Below are positions 25,455 through 38,261 of a stretch of 64,000 nucleotides of DNA, in pieces. How positions within the stretch are numbered: the stretch's first letter is position 1; every line of letters begins with the position of its first letter. The translations under genes were made by a program, and so were the position numbers. The stretch lies in NCBI RefSeq assembly GCF_018350175.1, contig NC_058368.1, forward strand, positions 13,516,001 through 13,580,000, written 5' to 3'. Under the pieces are notes generated by a model, which did not search any database, was not told the DNA's origin, and worked only from the letters and a program-made list of their open reading frames with translations. The stretch comes from Felis catus. Taxonomy: Eukaryota.

Positions 25455-25706
25455 TCCCAATAATTGAATGGCACTTCAAGTGTTGACTCCACCACCACTA
25501 CCACCATGTGATTCAACTAGGGGTTGCCATAGGTGAAGCAAAAGATGCAGCCTTCAAACTGGAGGAACGTATTTGCAGTTCCAGCAAAGTTCCCTGAAGC
25601 CCCGGCCTGAGGCTTCATGAAACACAAGGCCTGTGCTTGTCCCCAGATTTGACTTGGGAAGAAGTAAGTGAGCTACCCAATATACATCATTTTAGAAAAA
25701 AGGGTT

Positions 25707-25915
25707 GGGGTGCCTGGGTGGCTCAGTGGGTTAAGCATCCGACTCTTGGTTTTGGCTCAGGTCATGATCTCACGGTTCGTGGGTTCAAACCCCACATCGG
25801 GCTCTGTGCTGATAATGCGGAGCCTGCTTGGGATTTTCTCTCTGCTCCTCCCACGTGCGCTCTCTCTCTCTCTCTCTCTCTCTCACTTTCAGAATAAATA
25901 AATAAGAAAAAAAAA
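25707..25915 (+). mobile_element. Can-SINE
   Basis: GGGGTGCCTGGGTGGCTCAG head, (CT)n, AATAAA tail. TSD core aaagggtt. Confidence 0.96.
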
Positions 25916-26753
25916 TTGTAGGAAGAAAGGGTTCACTCTGAAGCAGCCTTCAAACTTAGTATAGGAAATGAGTGCCCTCAAAGGATTTCTTTTGGATTAT
26001 AAATACGGAGGTTTACCCAAAACCAAACATAGATTAAGTCCTCCTTCAAGCAAGAAACTCTCCATAAATTCTACACAATAAAGGATAGGCCCTGTCCTTC
26101 GTGAAACCTCTGGCCTGGACTTCAGGAACCAGGCACAAGCCCTGAAGACAAATGGCTCAAAGTATAAATCAAAGTTCTTCTACAACTGCCTCTACAACTG
26201 CCTCTGGTAAGCTATTTAAAACCACTCTTTGTAGTTTTTTTTCTTATCTAAAAGATAGATTTAATAGATTATAGATCAAAGCAAAGATAACATATTAAGG
26301 CACCTTGTATACAGTAGGCACATTTTATTATGGGCAATACTATGTGCTTTAGACAGAAAAGTCTCAATAGATTCTAGAGGGAAATAGTCACTGTAGTTTG
26401 GGATATAAAAGGAAAGATTCATAAGTAGAGTGACCATATCATTTCTCTTCCAAAACGGGACACTTTTGAAGGACAAAGAGGGAACTTATTCTAAATATAA
26501 TGAGGTCACAGGCATAATTGTGCATGTTCCAGACCAACCAGGAGGTATGGTCAGCAAATGCTTGATTTAAGGTTTGAGGAAAGAATGGAAATGAAGTGGC
26601 AGGAATGTCTGAGATGCAAGGGCTGGGTGCCATGTAGGTTTTTTATGAACTGTGATTAAAAAAGCCTGATCAGTCCTTGTTAAAGAATTCTTTCAAAGGT
26701 ATAGGATATGATAAGGATAGAAGTAGACTGAAGAAGGATCTAGGTTGAAAAAT

Positions 26754-26814
26754 ATTTTATTTATATATTTTTTATTTATTTGAGAGAGAGAGAGAACACA
26801 TGAGTGGAGGAGAC

Positions 26815-26857
<43 letters not shown>

Positions 26858-26977
26858 CTCAAGCAGCCTCCATGCTCAGCAAAGCCCAATACAGGGCTTG
26901 ATCCCATGACTGTGAGATCATGACCTTAGCCAAAATCAATAGTTGGACATTTAACCGACTGAGCCACCCAGGTGCTC
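26754..26977 (-). mobile_element. Can-SINE
   Basis: T-rich tail, (AG)n, reverse head gagccacccaggtgctc. TSD tg(a/c)aaaatattt. Confidence 0.96.
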
Positions 26978-27841
26978 TGCAAAATATTTGAAATTCCAAA
27001 ATAACAACTTTGGTTTTATCTCTTAGACCATAAAGAGACATTGGAAGTATTTCAGGAGAATAGCATAATGCAAAAATAGTATATTTAGATCAATTTGGCA
27101 GACTGGAAAAGGGAAAGCGTATAGAATCTAAAGGGATAGATACTGAAAGCACTATTCAGATATGAGGTGAGGTAGGGATGGTCTGGGACAGTAAAGAAAT
27201 GGCTAAAGTAAGAAATGTTTGAGATGACTTAATCATAACTAATTATGAAAGAAGTAAGAGGGAGCTAACATTACTCCATGAGTTGAAAGTTATTTGATAG
27301 AAAGAGAAAGCCAATACGGTTGATAAAACTGATGACATTATATGTCACATAGTTTTCAAAAGTATCTCAGCATGAAGAATAAAATACAGAAGAGATTTCT
27401 TTCTTGTTAATTTGTATTCACCGAGAAGTTCTCAGCAGGTGATAATATCATCATAGATGAAGATGCCTTGACAAGATGCATCCCTGAGACCTTGACTTTG
27501 TAATATACATTGAATGACCATTGGAGAAAAGACCTGGCGCTGGAGTTAGGCCTAGGAGTCCAGTTGGTCAGGAATGATCTGATCATACATCAAGGTCAGC
27601 AAAGCCAGATAAGAAAGAGAAAGTTAAGTTTACTTAGGGATACAAGAAGGGTAAGAAAAGAAAGATTCTATCTAGGAAATCAGGTAATAGAAATGAGGGA
27701 CATATACAAAGACCTTGTGAAAAAGTTCTCTGGGCCAAGAGTGAAAAGATGTGGGGAGGGGGTATGAATTGAACAGGGAAGATGAAAGGTAAATCCAAAG
27801 GAATTTGACAATTATTGACGAGTCACCTATAATTATCCTCA

Positions 27842-28377
27842 TGAAAGGGATCAGAATATGCCAATCCACATGTGCCACTTTGGCATAAAGCAATTGAGAA
27901 TTAATAGATATAGGAAGAGTTCTCTGCCCTCCCTTTGTCTGTCTAAAATCAAGGCATAAATTTCCCTTTGAGGGAGGGGCCTTTCTCTCCCCCTCACTTC
28001 ATTCCCTTCACCCCCATTCCAGGTAGAGAGGAGCAACTCTTGTCATTGAAGATGGTGAGTTGACACCAAGATGAGCTTGCATAAATGGACCTCACAAAAA
28101 TAATTCTTAACTGCCATTAGCTCTCCCATATATTTCCTGGTATCTTCCCCACAATTTATTGTCCCTTGAAGCCCAAACCTTCTTCTTTTTGTTAAAGGGG
28201 TATATAAGCACCTAAGTCTAACCATTGCTTTGACTTTCATTTCTTTTCTGTAACTCCTGTGCATGAAAAAATTATAAAAAGTGTGTTCCTTTTCCCCTAT
28301 TGATCTGTATTTTCTTATTTAATTTTCAGTCCTCAGGTACAAAACTAAGAAGATAGAAAAACATTTTTCCTCCTCAA
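27842..28377 (+). mobile_element. ERV1 solo LTR, MER34-like
   Basis: Starts TGAAAGGGATCAGAATATGCC, contains TGCCACTTTGGCATAA and ends TTTTTCCTCCTCAA. 4-bp TSD CTCA (27838-27841 and 28378-28381). MIR-like flanks. Confidence 0.85.
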
Positions 28378-28847
28378 CTCATTTTAACCATCTGTAAATC
28401 AAGGAAATTCCAACTTACCTAACTGAAAATCTCTTGCCCTTTCCAATAAATTGTACTGGAGCTCTCTCCTTATTTTATCTCCTGGCATGGGCAGGAAATG
28501 GTTTCAGAGGACAGATGACCTTGAAGTCACAGGAGACAAGGGGCTAATTGGGCTGGGTGGGAGAGAAGACCTTGAAGAACAAAGAGCTTCTGACTCCAGC
28601 AGGATTGTCCAAAAGCAATTTGCCACATAATTTCTCCACAGGTAAAATCCCTAAGGGCCAACAAATTAGCTGAGAAGGGATGACTGAATCTACTAATTCT
28701 TTTATTTTTATTTTTTTAAATTATCTTAATTGTGCCCTTCCTCTGAGCCAGTCCATTGGATCAGCTGGATAGAAAGTCATATTGAATGAAGGAGTCATAA
28801 TGAAACATATTAGGATGCTGTCCTGTCCTACCCATCCCCCCTTTCAA

Positions 28848-28870
28848 TAATTAATTAATTAATTAATTAA
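28848..28870. repeat. (TAAT)n palindromic microsatellite
   Basis: TTAATTAATTAATTAATTAA (28851-28870) is a perfect 20-bp palindrome. Confidence 0.9.
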
Positions 28871-30363
28871 ACTCTGAAGGAATTGATGACCAGTGACAGT
28901 CTCTACAGAACAGTATGGAAATCAATTAAACAGAAGCTGAAAAATGCCTTAGGGTGTAATTGATAACATGATGAGGCAGGAAAAAAAAATTACAAGTATG
29001 AAGTCAAATCCAAAAATTCTTACTTAGAGAAAACGCAGAGGCTTCTCATATCCCACAGGACCAATCTGGAAAGCTATTAGTGTTTGGAGAAGCGAGAACC
29101 AGAGAATAATTGTTGTTGTTTGTTTATTCTTGACAGTTTTAAAGGACAATTTCTCTTGGGGGAAAATTTCTGTTTCTCACTTAGAAGTTCCTTCTAAATG
29201 CAAACCATTCTGGAAAAGTTTTTTTAGCTCTTTCTTGAACTTTGGAAATGGATTTTGTGTAAACTTGTGGATCTGTGTACTTAATTGCTTCAGTAGATTA
29301 TCATTCTTCAAATTCAGAGGTTTAAAAACATCACTGGATATGAAACATGATCAGAAAAGAAAAAAAAATCAATGTTACAAAGATTAGATGCCAGACCAGT
29401 GAATGAAAGGCCAGGCTTTTGTCCATGGTGGTCTCTGAATTGAACAGCTGCCATTTTCAGTATTGAAACATATTCATTGTTGCTGTGATTTTTCATAAAA
29501 TGTTAAAATGGTCCAAGTGCTTTCTTGAATTATAGCCCAGTCAGTTTAGGCCCTTAGATCTGGCTCCCAGATTTTCTTAGTGTGTTATCCACTAAGCCAC
29601 ACATACTGCTACAAAAATCTAAATTCCTACTAAAAATTTTTAAAGTTGGTCAAAAGATTTTGGTTTTTGTAGAAGAACACAATTGTCTATTGTTTCCCTT
29701 GCATTATTAAAGATTTAATGATTTCTAACATGAGAATTAAATTATTAATGCATTTGGTACTAACACTATATAGTATTTCAATTCTTAAAGAACTTCTCTG
29801 AATCATGAGGTTATTTCAGGGAAAATAACTCAGGAACATCAGATACCTGGAATGCATTGCTCTAAAATTAAGGTAAAATTATTGTACCCCATTAAAATTT
29901 GTAATCTCTTGTTAATGAAGTTTAAAAAGACAGCACATTTATCGCAGGGGAGCCTGGGGAAAGGAAGTAGTAATTATCAGAATATATGCACCAAATCATT
30001 ATTCTACCTCATTCCTTATGCATTTAAACTGTCTCTCTCCACTACACAAGTCTTTTGTAATAAAAGCAGAAGATTTTGATAGCCTACTTAATGTAAATTT
30101 AGATGCAATTCACAGCTAGTTTTAAAAGAAGAAAAATCTTAAATTTTATTACCATAGTTCCCAGATTAATTAATGGCAGAAGGGTTAAAAATTCCAAATA
30201 CATGTTGGTCTTGTTAACACATAATTGATTCCAACTCCTCAAAGACAGTTCTGCCTTTTTACGCCAGACATGTAGGTTGTAAAGTAAAGTAATGTTCATG
30301 AGTAATACAGCATAGCAAGACAGGTCTATGCAGGCTTTGTTCATTGATACCTATCTAAAGTTC

Positions 30364-30609
30364 TTTTTAAAAAATTTTTTAATATTTATTCATTTTTGAG
30401 AGAGAGAGAGACAGAGAGACAGAGAGAGAGAGAGAGACAGAAGGCAAGCAGGGGAGGGGCAGAGAGAGAGGGAGACACAGAATCTGAGGCAGGATCCAGG
30501 CTCTGAGCTATCAGCACAGACCCCGACGTAGGGCGCAAACCCATGAACTGTGAGATCATGACCTGAGCCAAAGTTGACTGCTTACCCAACTGAGCCACCC
30601 AGGAGCCCC
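30364..30609 (-). mobile_element. Can-SINE
   Basis: Full body in reverse. TSD tctaaagtt(c/a)ttttt. Confidence 0.97.
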
Positions 30610-30639
30610 TTTTCTAAAGTTATTTTTAATCATAATAAA

Positions 30640-30865
30640 AACAACAAATACTTGAGTGCCTACTGTGTGCCAAGCACATTATAAGCACTATCTTGTGTAA
30701 ACCCGACAGCAATTTTATGTGATATGAATTAACATTTTCTTCATTACACAAATAAAAATCATGTGACTCAAAGAAGTAACTTGTTCAAAGTAATTCAGCT
30801 GGTAAATAGTATACCTGGGATTTGAATGAGCATAGCTGACACTTGAGTCTATGGCTTATCACTGT
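30640..30865 (-). mobile_element. MIR
   Basis: ttgagtgcctactgtgtgccaagcac...aagtaacttgttcaaagtaattcagctggtaaatag...ctgggatttgaa, the MIR core. Confidence 0.7.
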
Positions 30866-32071
30866 GCAAAACTGCAGTCATCAAATCATCTGATAAATTT
30901 CTTCTGCAAAGTCAGAAAACTTTTCAAATTGGACAAGCGATTTCACTAACATTTTTTCTTTCATTACTACCTATAAATGAGGAACCCACCAGCAAAACCA
31001 GGCAAGAGCTTATCAGCTGCTTCACTTTCAGCAGAATAAGACTGTCAAGATATGTCTATATATTTAAAGTCCTGTATCACTTCTTCATCATGCCTATAGC
31101 AATTTTATGATCTATATGAGAAAAAAGTTCCCATCTCTCCCCTCTGACTCGCTGGCCAATCCATAGTACACTCCCCCGGTCATATCGCTATCTGGAAAAA
31201 CACAAGAACATAAAGACATTTCAAACACCATTACTGTGAAGCTTGCCTTAGCTTTCCCAAACAAAATGAGGCAGTTCCATGCCTCTGTATCTTACCACTC
31301 AGTTCTTACCTCCATCAGAGCAAAAACCACGGAACATTCTAAATTATCTGCAGGTGAATCATCTTCTTCGCTAGACCACACTCCAGGACTGTCTCTTAGT
31401 TTTCAGTGAATCTGTTGGTGAACACAGTAAATCTATTTTTCAATCTTACGTTTTTCTAAAACGTGTTGCAATCACTGATTATTATTGCAATTTTCTCCTC
31501 AAGAGCCGGCCTAAATTATTATCCTAAAAAACAAACAAACAAAAACAGTGTTCGTAGCTTTGTAAGTGGGAAAACCAAAAAACAGCTACAAGCAATTGAT
31601 CACAAAGTCACAAATTGCCTGAAGTCTCTGCTTGAGGAAAGACTCTTGAATAATGGAGAATTCACAGTACTGCCTGGTGTACCATTTCATACTACTCTGT
31701 ACCATGAACGTTTCAAAGAACTCTCATGATTGAGAAAATGCAAAATTAATATTTAGCCTTTTGCAAAGTAATTTTGAGAATAATTTCATTTTAATAGCCT
31801 AAAACAATGGTTATGAATGAGGAACCACTTTAGAAATTAATACATTGGTCGCTGAACCAAAAAAGTGATTAACTCTATATCATCAGTTAAAATGTATGAT
31901 AACACTGTATCACTTTCATGTAGAATAAACAACGAACATCTTGAAAACTGTAAATTATATACATCCCGTAGAACCTAAAATAAAAAGGAAATTAAAAACT
32001 GCTTAGCAAAAGCAAACCCAGTTTTCCCTTAAGGAAAGACATAAAGAACTTTTTAAAAGACTAAAGATTCA

Positions 32072-32196
32072 GGGTGCCTGGGTGGCTCAGTCAGTTAAGC
32101 CTCTGACTCTTGATTTTGGCTCAGGTCATGATCTCACAGTTCATGGCATCAAGCCCCACATCAGGCTCTGTGCTGACAGTGTGGAGCCTATTTGGG

Positions 32197-32238
<42 letters not shown>

Positions 32239-32312
32239 CCTCCTCTGCTCAGGTGCATGTGCTGTCTCTCTCTCAAAATAAAGAAACATTTATAAATAAA
32301 TAAATAAGCAAG
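32072..32312 (+). mobile_element. Can-SINE
   Basis: Head, long (CT)n, (TAAA)n tail. TSD aagattca. Confidence 0.97.
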
Positions 32313-33072
32313 CAAGATTCATATTTGAGCTCTTTCCTGATAATTCCTCTGAATCATTTAGTCTTACTGAAATGTACAATTATTACTTATGTTAGTAGAA
32401 CATTCTCACATATATGTATGTGTGTGTGTTGATTTTTGGTTTTTGTAGCATCAGTGTAACCAGAGTTTTAAACTTTGTTATATCAAAAACGAATTATTTG
32501 AGATTTTAGCCAGTTCCTATTGTGCCTGGAGCCATGACATAAAGGGTGGACGCAGACAAGATGTCGCTATTCCAGACATGGAAGGCTCTCTGTAGTACAA
32601 TGTAGTCAGAAAATTGCATCTAATGATGTTCTCAGAGAGATCCTGAGGATTCAGGAAAGCTATTTCCTACCTCAACAATTTCTGAGATGAGAAATCCCAA
32701 GCTGGATGAGCACTCCACTGCCACAGATGCTACCAGGAAAGGGCTCAGAAGGGAGTTCACTTTTGCCACTGTGAGGAGGTCTTTGTCGAGTTTGTATGTT
32801 CATGTGTAGACACATGCATAGCACAGGTGTAAGTGCCTAAGTGTTGTCCATAGATAAGGGAAGAAGGAAAAATATGCAAGCAAGTGCATGAATATAATGT
32901 TAATGTACGTTCAGTAGCAGATGGACAACACAAGAGGGCCAAAGAGAGGGAAGCAGGTTGAAATGACTGCGTGGTGTACTACTAACCTCCATCCTGTCTT
33001 TCAGCATGCACGGGGTCGTATTTCTTATCTACTCAAATAAATCTTTTATTCAACACCAGAAGCAATAGTATG

Positions 33073-33515
33073 TGTGATAGGCAGAAATAATGAGCCGCTG
33101 CAGATATCCCTGCCCTAATCCACAGAACCTGTATATGTTACCTTACGTGGCAAAATGGGCTTTGCAGATGTAGTTAAGACCTTGAGATGGGGAGATTACC
33201 TTGGATTATCTGGGTGAGCCCAATGTAATCACAAGGGAAGCAGGAGGGGTAGAGACAGGGAAGAAGGTGTGAGGATGGCAGCACAGGTTGAAGGGATGTG
33301 GCCATGAGCAAAGGAACATGGGCTGCCTCTGAAAGTTAGGGAAGGCGAGGAATGGATTCTCTCACAGAGCCTCCAGAAGGAGCAAGGCTCTGCCGATACC
33401 TTGATTTAGCCCTGCCGATACCTTGAATTCTGACCTCCAGAACAGTCAGATAATAAGTCTCTGTTGCTTTAAGTCATTAAGTTTGTGGTAATGTGTTACA
33501 GCAGCCTTTGGATAC
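33073..33515 (+). mobile_element. MaLR LTR, MLT1D-like
   Basis: tgtgataggcagaaataatg...atgttaccttacgtggcaaaa...ctttgcagatgt...agagcctccagaagga...ttgtggtaatgtgttacagcagc. Confidence 0.9.
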
Positions 33516-34835
33516 TGTCTTTGTTAATTTTTTGGTTGTGATTGCCATTATTCTCTTCAAGATAAATATGCATTTTCTTTCCAGATGGAGTGCTCTTTGT
33601 TAGTACCTTTTGTACCGTAATGTAGAAAAGCTAGTGTCAGAATATGCTCTTCTACATCAGGGCATCTCCTTCAACTTAAAAGGCAAGAAATAGTTAAAAA
33701 GTCCTGAAATCTCATTCAGGAAATGCTATATGCTAACTCCTATGTCTTTGTAATACATGCTTTATCTCAGCTCAACTGTCATTCTCCTCCACACACCAAA
33801 AGAATAGGCAAAGAATTCAGATACTATGACAGACAACGATGCAGGGCAGTGTAAGTAGGGTGGCATCGAAACTCTGGACAGGACAGGGGTTATGGTTATG
33901 GTTAAGTGGCAAACTGTGCCAGAAAAACTAGTAGATCACCAGAGATTTCCATCAGCCTTGCAGAACCAGTCATGAAGCCATCACAAAGTTCTGCTGCCTA
34001 AATATCGGGAACATGCAATGATAATGAAATAGAAAATTAATTTAAGTTCACAATGACCTTCAGGAGACTAACAGAAAAACCAGTGCACCAAGGTGATCTG
34101 CAGCCCAGCAAGCCTTATTCTGATGGGAAATCAAATTAACTGCTCTCTCGTTATCTTGGAACACGAACACAACTTGGTAGAACAATTGGCTACCTAGGCA
34201 GGTGGGTTCACTCAAGCTTTGAAAGATTTCTTCTAAGGTCTTCAGTGACCCTGATAAGAACATGTAGATTTGGGAGTCCTTGAAGGTACCAATAGTTTGG
34301 GTAATGATTTGTCCCTCAGAATAAGTGCTTTTCTTCATTTTGTGTTTCTCTTCATCTTGGATCCAGCTCCATCATCCTATCAACTCATTAGCAAATCAGC
34401 AGCCCTAATAGTAAAGTCTGCACTGAGAATTAATGTTAATATTCCCTATTCATGTGCTCTCCTACCAATGCACCAGGGATTATTCTTACCATTATGGTGA
34501 TTGGTAATAGACCTCATGAGGAAAGGGGACAAATGAAAGGGTAAATGAATGATTTGAAAGGCCATGTAGAATTCTGGTACCTACCAGATGAATAGTTACA
34601 TTTTTTCCTTACCCCTCTCCCAAAAGAGGTCTGTCTCTCCACTGGGATTTCTAACTCTAGGGGAAAAGATTGGATCTTGTTACAGGTTGGAAGGATACTT
34701 CCTCAGAGTCAGTAATAGTGCCTGTGTCTCAGAAGTTAGAACAACAGGGACAGAGAATATGCTGGATTGTCTGTGTGGGATACAACTTCGGTTGGACAAG
34801 AAAACCTATGTAGGTTATAGTCAATTATATTCCTT

Positions 34836-34988
34836 GGGGCGCCTGGCTGGCTCAGTCAATTAAGTGTCCAACTTCAGCTCAGGTCCTGATCTCACGGTTC
34901 ATGAGTTCAAGTCCTGCATCGGACTCACTGCTGTCAGCACAGAGGCCGCTTCAGATCCTCTGACCCTCTCTCTCTATGCCCCTCTCCC

Positions 34989-35032
<44 letters not shown>

Positions 35033-35052
35033 GTAAATAAACTTAAAAAAAA
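34836..35052 (+). mobile_element. Can-SINE
   Basis: GGGGCGCCTGGCTGGCTCAG head, (CT)n, A tail. TSD-like ttatag..attatattc. Confidence 0.96.
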
Positions 35053-35939
35053 TTATAGCTATTATATTCTTTAAGATGGCTGAGTTTATTAAAGGGAACT
35101 TTCAATTACTTGGGCAGCTGAAAATTATCTGTTATAGGTCCTTTATGTGTCAGGCACTCTCTTCATATTGGAGATACAGACATGATTAGGACATAACTCT
35201 ACAGACACAGGTAAGGAGAGATACAATGTCATGAGTTTGAGTCATGGCTCCATCTCTGAGTGGCTGTGAGACTTTGAGAAAGTTCTAGTGTTTCTTTCTC
35301 ATTTATAAAGTGAAGCTATTAAAATTCCTATCATCTGATTCGGGTAGTTAGCTGTTACTTCCACTGAGTAGCTCAGAAACCAGTGTGGGGATAAATGGAC
35401 ATACGGATCCCTAAATGCTACGAGGGAAGTATATGCACATAGAGGGAAGCACAGGAGACCTGGGTGAAAGGGGACTTGATAAAGAATTTGTGGATATGGT
35501 GGAAGAGCCTGCAATCAAGACAGCACCTGATTTATCAGATTTAGGGACTAAAGTTCCCCTATGCTCACTTAGCCAGACAAGTTCTAATAGAGCATCCTAT
35601 CTACACAGCCTAAAGGTGCAGGCTGACCATTCATGGTGCTCTTTCTTGTTTGAGAGTAAACTGGAACCAGCAAAATAACATACACTTATTTATTCATTTA
35701 TTCATTCAGCTATTATCTGTTCAGCGAAGTAACAAGCATCAGTCAGGCTGAGGGTTTTACTGAAATGCTAATGCTAAGACAGGAGTTCAGCTGCCCCTTA
35801 CTCCAGGCATTGGTTGAGCCCAACTGAACTGATTAGCATAGATTCCTTTCTCCTTTCTCCACATAAACCTGCTGGTATAGATTCAATGTTAATCAAAATA
35901 TACTTCAAACAATAAAATTGGACCAACTTGAGAAACTGA

Positions 35940-36220
35940 GAAATAATTCCTGTAATTACAATAAAATTGCGATCTACTAAAGAAATTTAAATTACATTGG
36001 GATTCTCTAACCGGCTGCCCTTTGTTGACCATTTTTTTAAGTGGCATAATTCGATCTGTATTAGTAGGCCTATATGTATCAAATGAGAAGCTTACTGTCA
36101 GATCAGTGTATATCGTATCCATGAAGCAACACTCCTTACTAAATTGCCTTAGTGTTTTGTATAATTTGAGTGATATTCAGGGCATATGGCTTATTGGAAT
36201 GTTTTATGGTCTTCTAGAAT
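35940..36220. promoter_or_regulatory. Candidate conserved non-coding element / developmental enhancer
   Basis: Non-repetitive AT-rich block with TGTAATTACA, CAATAAAA, CTTTGTT, TGTCA and TTTTATGG motifs plus several retained CpGs. Inference from motif content only. Confidence 0.35.
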
Positions 36221-38261
36221 CCTAAATCCTTGTGTCTATGCAACAGTTGCGTTGAGAGTCGGCTTCTCCCTTCTACCCAGTCCTACTTTTCTCACTTTTT
36301 TACAGGGTAAAGAAGTGCTCCCAAGAGCATTTCCCAGGACGATCTCTGCAGACAACTTTACATCTCAAAGTCTGTCTCCAGGTAACCCAACCTAGCATGG
36401 GATTGTCAATCAAAATGACCCCTTTGGGAAGCTTTACACAAAGTTTAATCATTCTGCCCTTGCTCAGAACCTATGGAGAATTCCATTTGATGATCTGTTT
36501 TTAGAACTAGAAGCACATTTTATGCGAGATCTACCCCAAAGTGCCAAATTTTTACCATCTGGGGGTACGTATGTATATTTTTTGGAAATACCCAGAAGTT
36601 ATTCTAAGCTGAGCCTAAAAAATAAGTTTTGTGATTAAGCTAGAGTCTACTATTTAGGATACAAAATTAAGTGCAGCTAAAATGTGTTGGGTATAATTTG
36701 CCTAAATGGTGATCAGATTGGTTTGAAAACAATATCTAAAAAGATGCTAAAAAATGTTTTTTAGCGAGAGCAACATCAGTGAAATAAATGTGTAGACTCC
36801 CAAGAGAATTACTTAGAATGATAAATCTCATGTCCATGTATAGCTTCCACCATTCATATTAAAAATGCCAGTTCCAACATTTTATAGTTATGATGAAGTT
36901 GCAACTATAAGACGCTAGTTAGAGCCTATTATTCCCCCTCTAATTATACTTTAAGGACTAAAGAGCCCAATGGAAAAATGGGACTTTTAACACCTACGTT
37001 GTAGGTTCTGAAGAAATGAGGAGGTGTAAGGAGAATTTGGTACTTTTTCCAATACAACGGCTTGAGCATATTTGTAGGTTAACGGCAGGAATTCTGTCTT
37101 ATCCATCTGCCAATCTCAGTGCTATCCCAGTGTCTTATGCATAGTAAACTGTTGTGCAAGTAACTAAGTTATTCAATTACAAGAAAAATGCTAGAGATAA
37201 GCAGCCTTTCTGGGTTGCAACTGGTAAACAATATCAGAAATGATAAATAAAATATTATAAGCATAATATTATTCCTTATATTGTGTAGCTTATTTTGTAT
37301 ATCTGTGTAGCATCCCTATACTTTCCCTCAAATTCACATTCCCTTTAGTTATTAGCCGAGCCCTAAAAATTTAAAAGAACTATATGCTTGTTTGTATAAT
37401 ACAAGGGGCTGACTCTTCAGCGAGTGTTAATAGTAAAAGAACCCAAGAAATAAAGTAGGTAGAGGTTATTGCAAAGACAAAAGAAAGGCTGAGTTATCCC
37501 TAGGGCCTGAGAGTGGAAGAAGGGAAACATAAGGAGGCTCCTCAGCTTGAAAACAGGCCCCAGGCTTCTCAAAGTAGAAAATGCTCACAGCTCACCAAAT
37601 ATGAAGTACTGATGTGGCTATAACCAACGGCATACAGGTAAGTGTCAAAAAGGATAGAGATGCGCAGAGTAGGAAGGGTGGAGATCAATATACACCAGAA
37701 ATATCTTCGGGAGAGAAAAAGAGAAAGAGCTGTGGTTGGCAAGAAAGATTGGCAGATCATCAAGGACTGTACAGGATGCGCTAGAGGGAGGGAGCATTCC
37801 CAGCAGCAAATGAAGGCTCAGGGGCAGAAAGGACCCTGACAGTCTGGGGCTGCCCCATTGCAGCCACATCCTATTCATAAGGCATTGATAGGAAAGTATG
37901 GGTACCAGACCTGGACCAGTCACTGGAAAAGCCATAGATGTGTATAGATGAGCATTCCCTCCAGAGTCTCCACAGCAGGGCTGCAGAGAAAAAACCGACA
38001 CACAAAAACCATTGACCTTAAATGTAATTATCAGGGAACAGGGACTCAGAAAAGTAAGACACAAATCTGAGAAAGCCTCATGGAGGAAAGAACGCAAGCT
38101 AAGCCTTGAGAGGTGCTCAGGATTTTGATAGGTTGCTCTGAGCAGAAGGAAGAGCACCAGGGGCACCAAAAATAAGCATGATTTGTGTTCTGCAGGACAG
38201 AAAGGTCACACCGGAGAGTAGGAAAAAGTGTGACTGAATACAATGAATATAGGGACCAAAC

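Noticed and set aside
25547-25956. 14-bp repeat GCAGCCTTCAAACT at 25547 and 25943
   Set aside because: It does not bound any element, and the SINE between has its own TSD. Probably chance or an old local duplication.
26179-26205. 12-bp tandem duplication TCTACAACTGCC
   Set aside because: An ordinary slippage duplication with no further structure.
37635-37643. Perfect plus-strand donor CAG|GTAAGT
   Set aside because: All three upstream frames contain stops and no good acceptor is evident. Isolated donors are common.
37645-38169. 174-aa minus-strand ORF
   Set aside because: Low-complexity L/S/F-rich translation of the complement of purine-rich, partly L2-like sequence. No recognisable domain.
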